A DNA stretch of 64,000 nucleotides from Anaeramoeba ignava BMAN (lineage: Eukaryota > Protista > Anaeramoebae). How positions within the stretch are numbered: the stretch's first letter is position 1; each line of letters starts with the position of its first letter. Below the pieces are notes generated by a model that worked only from the letters and a program-made list of their open reading frames with translations, was not told the DNA's origin and made no database searches. The stretch is from NCBI GenBank assembly GCA_028826165.1, contig JAPDFW010000108.1:1-64000 (forward strand), given 5' to 3'. Positions 26,510 through 34,971 of this stretch are shown one piece after another. A program made the position numbers and the translations under genes.

Positions 26510-29047
26510 GCAATAATGATAATAGTGATAGTGATAGTGATGTGAAAATTGATCAAATAGATAATGATAGGAATCCTTTGAAAGAATACTTAAAAAATTT
26601 TGCCAAAAAAATCTTCGATTCTAAATTGCATGAAAAAAAGAAGTTATTTTTGGATATTATTCGATTTATCTTTATTTACTCAGCTAGCAATGATCCTCAT
26701 TTCTTTAAAGATTTAGTCTCATCTCCAAAAAATAATTTGGAGTTAACATATGATAATTTTTTATCAGAGAAATACATTGAATATATCACAAATTTCCCAC
26801 AAAATATTCCCGATAAAGAAAATTATAAAATCTCAGTTAAACAAAAAATTAAATTTGAAAACGAAGATGATGAAATTTTTCCTCAAGATATAACTGCACT
26901 TGTGCATCATAGAAATAATTTAATTAACGAAAATCAAAAAATGGATTTAAGTGATATTGAAACAGATTTAATCACTTTACAATCTAATCTCGTTTATCCA
27001 AAAAAGAAAATCTCACAAATTTTTTCATTTCTGGATTTATTAATCCGAATTATTCAAACAAAAGGAACGCCTATTCAAGAACATTTTATTCAAAAATTTG
27101 AAATTATCTGCCGAGATTTTAAAGAACATTCATTACGGGGAAATCAAGAACTGAGAAAAATTCTTCCTTATATTTTTGCAAAAGATGAACGAGAATTTCA
27201 AAATGGTGAAGAACTATACCAAAAAATTATAGAAAAAGTTAACCAAAAATTTATTCCTACAGAAATTGATAGTTGGTGTTTCTACTCTTTTCATACTATC
27301 GAAATTACCTTACTTGATAATTTATTCAGCAATATTTTAGAAAAAAATCGAAATCGTTATCCTATTAGTTTTTTTTATACTGAAAATCGAAAACATTTTG
27401 AATTGTTATGCAAATTCCCTAATTTTTTTCAAGCAATGAATTTAATTTTATCATCAGATACAAACATAAATACAAATTCAACAAAGCCAAATTCAAAATC
27501 AAATTCAAAACCAAAATCAAAATCAAAACCAAATTCAAAACCAAAATCTAAACCAAATTCAAAACCAAAATCAAAATCAAAATCAAAACCAAAATCAAAA
27601 CCAAAATCTAAACCAAATTCAAAATCAAAATCCAATTCAAATTCAAAATCAAAATCTAAACAAAATACAAAATCAAATTCAAAATCAAATTCAAAATCAA
27701 ATTCAAAATCAAAATTAAAATCTAAATCAAAATTAAAATCAAATTCAAATTCAAAATCAAAATCAAAATTCAAAATCAAAATCAAAATCAAAATCAAATT
27801 CAAAATCTAAATCAAAATCAAAATCAAAATCAAAAGTAAAATCAAATTCAAATTCAAATTCAAAACCAAAATCAAAATCAAATTCAAATTCAAATTCAAA
27901 ATCTTCAGGTATCACAATTGAAGAATTTTTCTTCAGTCAAAATATTGAAGATGAAAATATTTTGGATGATTTTTGTGAAGTTTGGAATTATGATTTCGAT
28001 ATGAAATTTGAAAGGGAAAACAAATATTCCATAAAAACAGAATTAAAATCATTTAAAAAGAATTTTCGATTACATGAAATTTTTGGATATTTAATTGAAA
28101 TTTACAATGATTTATCAACAAAAACAATAGAATTATTTGGAATGGAACCATCAAATTTAATAACTCAAAAAATTGATTTAGAATCAAATGAAACAAAATT
28201 TCCGCAAATAATCCAAATATCAGAAAAAGAAGTCAGAGATTTTCTTGCAAAAAACGTAATTGAGGAATCTAAATCATTATTCTTTTTGGAGGAATTTTTG
28301 ACAAAAAAAATTAGAGAGAATACTTTTTTCAATTTAGAAATCAAAATTCCTGATATCAAAGCAAGTGAAATTCAAATAAACAAAAAAGATTTACAAGTCG
28401 TAACAAAGCAACTTGATAATAAAAAAATATCGATTGAAAAAAAAGAAAAGATAATTCAAGAATTAATAGAATCAAGAATATTATTAAATTGTGCTTACTT
28501 TTTAAGAGTGTTAATTGAGCATATTGCTGCAAATCCAACAGAAAATTCTAATGATCCAAAAAAAACCATCGTTTCATTTCTTTCAAAAGACAATAAATCA
28601 GAAGCGAAATTGAATGAAATCCCTTTTTTTGAAGGATTATACTCTCAGATCCAGAAATGCCCTTCTTTTAGTTCTTTTCTAATGGAAGATTTAATTGATT
28701 TGCATCAATCTTTACTTTCTTATATTGAAGATCCAATTCAATCAATAGATTCTCATTTTAAAGAAAGAATAATCGGTGAATTAAGAATAGATATTGAAAC
28801 CCTTTTTGAAAACTTAGATTCCTATTCGCAAAAATTCTTGTTAAATTCTTTGCATCAATTAATTTCTCAATTACAAAATTGTGATCCAAATGATTTAATT
28901 TTTGATTATTTATCAAATAAGATTGAATTCGATAATCTTTCAAGATTTGAATCTTTTCAAAATCTTAAATTAAAGTTAAAATTTGTTATAGAATTATATC
29001 AAATTTGTAAATCAAAATCTGAGAGAATAGAAGAAAACAAAAATTAA
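16034..29047 (+). CDS. RNF213/mysterin-like giant AAA+ ATPase (~4,200 aa; 2 introns, several apparent homopolymer frameshifts)
   Basis: RNF213-type AAA core motifs in order: SGCGKT, FHFDLS, GETGCGKT, LFDEFNT, ALANPFR, VSLRD, FIIGKPG|TSKSL (intron 23042-23109), QCSPQTTS, VVLLDEVSLAE, PLKVLH, ISNWKLDASKINRG, FFGLRDFYYLVK, GSNFPED, LYDLLNQ, LNRFEKQ. First intron 17305-17365. Frame breaks at ~17526, ~26098, ~26201 and ~27768. Confidence 0.88.
16254..16870 (+). repeat. Coding low-complexity repeat (ENQFKNQ/ENQFEN) in the RNF213-like N-terminus
   Basis: Tandem GAAAAT/CAATTY/AAAAAT hexamer units; they also produce stop-free shadow ORFs in other frames. Confidence 0.9.
27474..27905 (+). repeat. Coding Ser/Lys/Asn/Pro hexamer repeat (SKSKPNSK) in the RNF213-like C-terminal part
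   Basis: TCAAAA/TCAAAT/CCAAAA units; the Ser-Lys frame resumes into SSGITIEEFFFSQNIEDENILDDF after a one-base shift near 27768. Confidence 0.85.
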
Positions 29048-29106
29048 AATTAAAATTCAAAATTAAAATTTCAAAATTATTTTTTCATTTTTTTTCTTTT
29101 CAAAAA

Positions 29107-30909
29107 ATGAATGATTGTTTATTTTTTGGTTTAAATAAAAATCCAAAACTTTTAAAAAATGAACCAAATCAAATAACAAAACCAATTCAATTTAAATTTG
29201 AAAATGAAAATGAAAATGAAAATGAAAATGAAAAACAAATTAAACAAATTTCATCAGGTTATTTTGGAACAATTTTCCTTTTTAAAAATGGAAAAGCAAT
29301 AGAATATTTAAATCAAAAAAATCCAAAACAAAATCACCAAAAAATCCAAATTGAAAATATTCAAAAAGTATATGTTTGTTATTTAAATGAAGCTATTTTA
29401 ACAAAAGAAGGAAATGCATTTGCCAAAGGGAAAGATATTAATCCAAAAAATACAAAAGAATTTATCAATATTTCATCATTAATTGAAGATACAAATGATA
29501 GAATAATTGAAGATATTGTATCTGGAAATAGTTCAATTTATTTATTAACTTCAAATCAAAATGTTTATGGAATTGGTTCAAATTTATTTGGTCAACTTGG
29601 TTTTGATTCTGAAAAACTTTATAAAACAGAAAAACCAATTTTAATGATGAAAAATGTTTCTAAAATATTTTCAGGAAATTTTTCAACTCATGTTTTTCTT
29701 TTAAATTCAAATCAAGAATTATTTGGATGCGGATATAATTTATATGGTCAACTTGGATTAGGAGAATCAAGAAAAGAAGAAATAAAAATCCAAAAATTAA
29801 CCAAAATCCAAAATATTCCAAAAGGCAAAATAATTGATATTCAATGTGGAGATGCTCATTCGATAATGTTGATTGAAAATGAAAATGAAAATGAAGATGA
29901 AAATCCAAAAAGAAAACTTTATTCATGTGGAAGATATTACTTTAATGGACTTGGCAAAAAATACCAAAATACTTATGAATTTACTGAAATTAAATCATCT
30001 TTATTTGAAAATGATGATAATAATATTCTTGATTTTTCTGTTGGTTTCTCTCATACTTTGATTTTAACATCCAATTCAAAATTGATTGGATTTGGAAGTA
30101 ATGAATATGGTCAATTAGGAACTGGAGATACTTATTTTCATCAATCAATTCCAATCCAAATTGAATTTCCTAAATTAAGATTTAATGAAAATATTTCTAA
30201 TTATCATATTTCTTGTGGATATGATAATTCATTTCTTTATTATTCTCCTTCTTCTTTTTCCAATCTTGAAGAAGATTTGATAAAACTATTTGAAAGAAAA
30301 GAATTTTGTGATATTTTATTTAAAACCAAAAATGGAGAAATAATTGAAGCTCATAAATTAATATTGAAATATAGATTAAATCAAAATGAAGATGAAAATG
30401 AAATCGAAAAACTTCAAGAAATTATTTCAAAAAAATCAATTCAAGAATCCAATCAAATATTTGAAATGATTTATTCAAACAGAATAATAAATCCAAAATT
30501 ATATTCTGAAATTAAAGAAATTATAAATTCAAATGAAAAAATTGAAGAAACAATGAAAAGAATTTATTTAAATGAAAATGAAAATGAAAAAGATTTTATA
30601 ATTGAAAGAAAAGAAAAACAATATAAATTTCCAAAATTAATATTAATAATGAGAAGTGAATTATATCGAGGAATGTTTTTATCTGTAACAAATGATACTT
30701 CTAATAAAGTTACAGATTATAGTGAATTAAGTAATAAATCATTTCAAATATTTGAATATTGGATTTATTCAAATCAAATTAAAGATGAAATTCAAATTAC
30801 ACAAGAAATAATTGATGAAATTAAAATTGGAATTGATTATTTTCAATTAAATCAAACAAATCCAAATTTATTTGATTTATTAATTAACAAATTTAATAAT
30901 CAAAATTAA
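29107..30909 (+). CDS. RCC1-like beta-propeller + tandem BTB/POZ protein, paralogue A (600 aa, intronless)
   Basis: RCC1/BLIP-II motifs GSNLFGQLG, GYNLYGQLG, IIDIQCGDAHS, SVGFSHTLIL, GSNEYGQLGTGD. BTB-like segments EFCDILF..IEAHKLIL and DFIIE..KLILIMRSELYRGMF. Confidence 0.9.
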   Translation: MNDCLFFGLNKNPKLLKNEPNQITKPIQFKFENENENENENEKQIKQISSGYFGTIFLFKNGKAIEYLNQKNPKQNHQKIQIENIQKVYVCYLNEAILTKEGNAFAKGKDINPKNTKEFINISSLIEDTNDRIIEDIVSGNSSIYLLTSNQNVYGIGSNLFGQLGFDSEKLYKTEKPILMMKNVSKIFSGNFSTHVFLLNSNQELFGCGYNLYGQLGLGESRKEEIKIQKLTKIQNIPKGKIIDIQCGDAHSIMLIENENENEDENPKRKLYSCGRYYFNGLGKKYQNTYEFTEIKSSLFENDDNNILDFSVGFSHTLILTSNSKLIGFGSNEYGQLGTGDTYFHQSIPIQIEFPKLRFNENISNYHISCGYDNSFLYYSPSSFSNLEEDLIKLFERKEFCDILFKTKNGEIIEAHKLILKYRLNQNEDENEIEKLQEIISKKSIQESNQIFEMIYSNRIINPKLYSEIKEIINSNEKIEETMKRIYLNENENEKDFIIERKEKQYKFPKLILIMRSELYRGMFLSVTNDTSNKVTDYSELSNKSFQIFEYWIYSNQIKDEIQITQEIIDEIKIGIDYFQLNQTNPNLFDLLINKFNNQN

Positions 30910-31093
30910 AATTAAAATTAAAATCAAAATCAAAAATCAAAATTAAAATCATAATTAAAATCAAAATTAAAATTAAAATTAAAATTAAAATTAAAATTAA
31001 AATTAAAATTAAAATTAAAATTAAAATTAAAATTAAAATTAAAATTAAAATTAAAATTAAAATTAAAATTAAAATTAAAATTAAAATTAAAAT
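30905..31093 (+). repeat. (TAAAAT)n microsatellite spacer between the RCC1-BTB paralogues
   Basis: Near-perfect AAAATT hexamer run starting at the stop codon; similar runs flank the pair at ~29045 and 32938-33065. Confidence 0.9.
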
Positions 31094-31124
31094 TTCATTT
31101 TTTCATTTTTTTTCTTTTCAAAAA

Positions 31125-32942
31125 ATGAATGATTGTTTATTTTTTGGTTCAAATTATTCACCAAAACTTATCAAAAATGAACCAAATCAAATAACAAAAC
31201 CAATTCAATTTAAATTTGAAAATGAAAATGAAAATGAAAATGAAAATGAAAATGAAAATGAAAATGAAAATGAAAAACAAATTAAACAAATTTCAACAGG
31301 AGATTATTCAACAATTTTCCTTTTTGAAAACGGAAAAGCAATAGAATATTTAAATGATTTAAATCAAAATCCTTCAAAAATCCAAATTGAAGAAAATATT
31401 CAAAAAGTAACTGTTGGTTTTCACAATGAAGCTATTTTAACAATAGAAGGAAATGTATTTGCCAAAGGAGAAAATATTAATCCAAAAAATCCAAATGAAT
31501 TTATCAATATTTCATCATTAATTGAAGATACAAATGATAGAATAATTCAAGATATTGTTTCTGGAGAACATTCAATTTATTTATTAACTTCAAATCAAAA
31601 TGTTTATGGAATTGGTTCAAATTTATATGGCCAACTTGGATTTGATTCTAAAATACTTCCAAAAACAGAAAAACCAATTTTAATGATGAAAAATGTTTCT
31701 AAAATATTTTCAGGAAATTTTTCAACTCATGTTTTTCTTTTGAATTCAAATCAAGAATTATTTGTATGCGGATTTAATCAATATGGTCAACTTGGATTAG
31801 GAGAATCAAGAAAAGAAGAAATAAAAATCAAAAAATTAACCAAAATACAAAATATTCCAAAAGGTAAAATAATTGATATTCAATGTGGAGCTGCTTATTC
31901 AATAATGCTGATTGAAAATGAAAATCAAAATGAAAATGAAAATCCAAAAAGAAAACTTTATTCATGTGGAGATTGGAGATATAATGGACTTGGTAATGAA
32001 TATAAAGATACTTATAAATTTACTGAAATCAAATCATCTTTATTTGAAAATGATGATTATATTCTTGATTTTTCTGTTGGTTATGATCATACTTTGATTT
32101 TAACATCCAATTCAAAAATGATAGTATTTGGATATAATTATTCTGGTGAATTAGGAACTGGAGATACAAATACACAATTTATTCCAATTCAAATTGAACT
32201 TCCTAAATTAAGATTTAATGAAAATATTTCCAATTATCATATTTCTTGTGGATATGAAAGATCATTTCTTTATTATTCTCCTTCTTCTTTTTCCAATCTT
32301 GAAGAAGATTTGATAAAACTATTTGAAAGAAAAGAATTTTGTGATATTTTATTTAAAACCAAAAATGGAGAAATAATTAAAGCTCATAAATTAATATTGG
32401 AATATAGATTAAATCAAAATCAAAATGAAAATCAAATTGAAAAACTTAAAGAAATTATTTCAAAAAAATCAATTAAAGAATCAAATCAAATATTTGAAAT
32501 GATTTATTCAAACAGAATAATAAATCCAAAATTATATTCTGAAATTAAAGAAATTATAAATTCAAATGAAAAAATTGAAGAAACAATTAAAAGAATTTAT
32601 TTAAATGAAAATGAAAATGAAAAAGATTTTATAATTGAAAGAAAAGAAAAACAATATAAATTTCCAAAATTAATATTAATAATGAGAAGTGAATTATATC
32701 GAGGAATGTTTTTATCTGTAACAAATGATACTTCTAATAAAGTTACAGATTATAGTGAATTAAGTAATAAATCATTTCAAATATTTGAATATTGGATTTA
32801 TTCAAATCAAATCAAAGATGAAATTGAAATTACAAAAGAAATAATTGAAGAAATTGAAATTGGAATTGATTATTTTCAATTAAATCAAACATATCCAAAT
32901 TTATTTGATTTATTAATTAAAAAATTTAATAATCAAAATTAA
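31125..32942 (+). CDS. RCC1-like beta-propeller + tandem BTB/POZ protein, paralogue B (605 aa, intronless)
   Basis: Colinear and highly similar to 29107-30909, including the sequence just upstream of the ATG (TTTTTTCATTTTTTTTCTTTTCAAAAAATG). Confidence 0.9.
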   Translation: MNDCLFFGSNYSPKLIKNEPNQITKPIQFKFENENENENENENENENENEKQIKQISTGDYSTIFLFENGKAIEYLNDLNQNPSKIQIEENIQKVTVGFHNEAILTIEGNVFAKGENINPKNPNEFINISSLIEDTNDRIIQDIVSGEHSIYLLTSNQNVYGIGSNLYGQLGFDSKILPKTEKPILMMKNVSKIFSGNFSTHVFLLNSNQELFVCGFNQYGQLGLGESRKEEIKIKKLTKIQNIPKGKIIDIQCGAAYSIMLIENENQNENENPKRKLYSCGDWRYNGLGNEYKDTYKFTEIKSSLFENDDYILDFSVGYDHTLILTSNSKMIVFGYNYSGELGTGDTNTQFIPIQIELPKLRFNENISNYHISCGYERSFLYYSPSSFSNLEEDLIKLFERKEFCDILFKTKNGEIIKAHKLILEYRLNQNQNENQIEKLKEIISKKSIKESNQIFEMIYSNRIINPKLYSEIKEIINSNEKIEETIKRIYLNENENEKDFIIERKEKQYKFPKLILIMRSELYRGMFLSVTNDTSNKVTDYSELSNKSFQIFEYWIYSNQIKDEIEITKEIIEEIEIGIDYFQLNQTYPNLFDLLIKKFNNQN

Positions 32943-33150
32943 AATTAAAATTAAAATTAAAATTAAAATTCAAATTAAATTTAAAATTAAAATTAAAATT
33001 AAAATTAAAATTAAATCCAAAATTAAAATCAAAATTAAAATTAAAATTAAAATTAAAATTAAAATCCAAAATTTTTGAAATCCATTTTTTTCTTTTCTTT
33101 TCTTTTTAATTTTTTTTTTGTGTTTTTTTATTATTTTTAGAAATAATTTT

Positions 33151-34848
33151 ATGAATATCGAATCAAATATTGTATATCCAAATATTGAAGATAAATCAAG
33201 TTTAACTAACATTAGATTTTGGAAAATTTACACTGGTAATCTACAATTTTGTTTTAATGGGAAATGTGTAACAGGACCAGATATTAAAATGTTAATTGTT
33301 ACAGAATTTATTTACAATATTCCAATGCTTTTATATCTTTTCCTTGATTCTTGGAAACTGAAAGAATTTATATCTTATTATGTTTTTGTTATTTCAGCTA
33401 TTTTATTTCTTGGTACAAATATTTCCCTTATTTTAACTGCATTTGTTAATCCAGGAATTATTAAAAGATTTCCTATTCCTTCTTTAAAAGTATTTAATTA
33501 TGTTTTTTTTTAATTCAAAATTAACTATTCAAAAAAAATTTTTTTTTGTTTCTACTTTTTGATTCAAAATTAAATCAACTCTTCAATTCTCATTTTATTT
33601 TGAAAAGTTAACTGATTATCCTAATTTTGAGCCTCAGGAAACCCAATCCATTGAAATGCAAAATTCCACTTTTAATTTAAAATATTGTAGTAAATTTTAT
33701 AAAATTCATATAAATAACAAAAAATTCATTTGTAATATTTTTTTGGAAATAAAGAAACTTGTAATATATATAGACCACCAAGGACTTCACATTGTTCTTA
33801 TTGTGATAATTGTGTTGAGAAATTTGATCATCATTGTAAAAAAAAATCAAAAAAGAAAAAAAACTATTTTATTAAAAAAATCCAAAAAACATACATTTTG
33901 ATCAATTAGGTCCTTGGGTTGGAAGTGATGTTGGATTAAGAAACTATAAACATTTTCTCTACTTCCTTTTCTTTACATCCATTTCTATATTGTTTACATT
34001 GGCATTTTCATTGACTCATCTCATTCTAGTGACGAAAAGAAATCTCAAAACAAAAAATGGAGCTGATGCCTTTTATTCGGCTTTATCGGAATGTCTTAGC
34101 AGGTTATTTGAATTCAAATCATCTCACACAAAAAGATTTGAATTGTATTAATTATTAAAAACATATTTATTCTATTTATAACATATAATTCCCAAAAATA
34201 GTATTGTTGTTTTCTTTTTCGCACTGTTTTCTGCTTATCCAGTTATTTCTCTAACATGGTTCCACATAGGACTTGCTTCTAAGAATCTCTCAACACACGA
34301 ATATGTATGCAGAATATTTATAATGAATTTTTATTGATTGTATTTAAATACATTTAAATTGGTTTATTTTTTGCAAACAAAAAAAGATCAAAGGAATTTA
34401 TGATGATCAAAAAAACCCTTTTGATAAAGGTTGCTGTTTAAATTTTAAAGATGTTTTCTGTCGCAAATTCCCAAAAGCTAATTTTAGTTTAAGAGATTTC
34501 GCAACTGAACATGAAATCAATTCTTTATTAGTTCAACTCCAACAATCAAAATCAAAAGAAAAATCATGGATGAAATCTGAATTGGAAGAAATTATTGCTA
34601 AAATTCCAAATTTTTTGAATTATAATGATTTAGAAAATCAACAAATGATTTCAAATGAAAATTCAAATGAAAATTCAAATGAAAATTCAAATGAAAATTT
34701 AAATGAAAAACGGAATGAAAATATTTTTGATTCTTCAAGTGAATTTGAAATTGGAAATCAAAATCAAAATTTAAATTTAAAAGAAATTAAAACGAAAAAA
34801 TCAAAAATAGTTGATGAAAGTGAAATTTCTTTATTAAAAGATAAATAG
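33151..34848 (+). CDS. DHHC palmitoyltransferase (Erf2/ZDHHC9-like), 6 exons
   Basis: Spliced product contains [31 protein letters not shown]|[22 protein letters not shown] and NPFDKG. N-terminal [16 protein letters not shown] resembles the Erf2 subfamily. GT-AG introns at ~33490-33608, ~33690-33754, ~33836-33909, ~34103-34201, ~34305-34386. Confidence 0.92.
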
Positions 34849-34971
34849 AAAAGAAAAGAAAAGAAAAAAAAAATTTTTTTTTTAATCAAATTAAATTTGG
34901 AACTTTAACTTTAAATAATTTTCTCATTATTTTTTTTTTTTCATTTTTTTACTTCCTCAAACAAATTAAAA

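Noticed and set aside
29107-32942. Diversity-generating retroelement behind the RCC1 loop variation
   Set aside because: Differences are not adenine-specific, both copies are full genes rather than a TR/VR pair, and there is no reverse transcriptase in the window.
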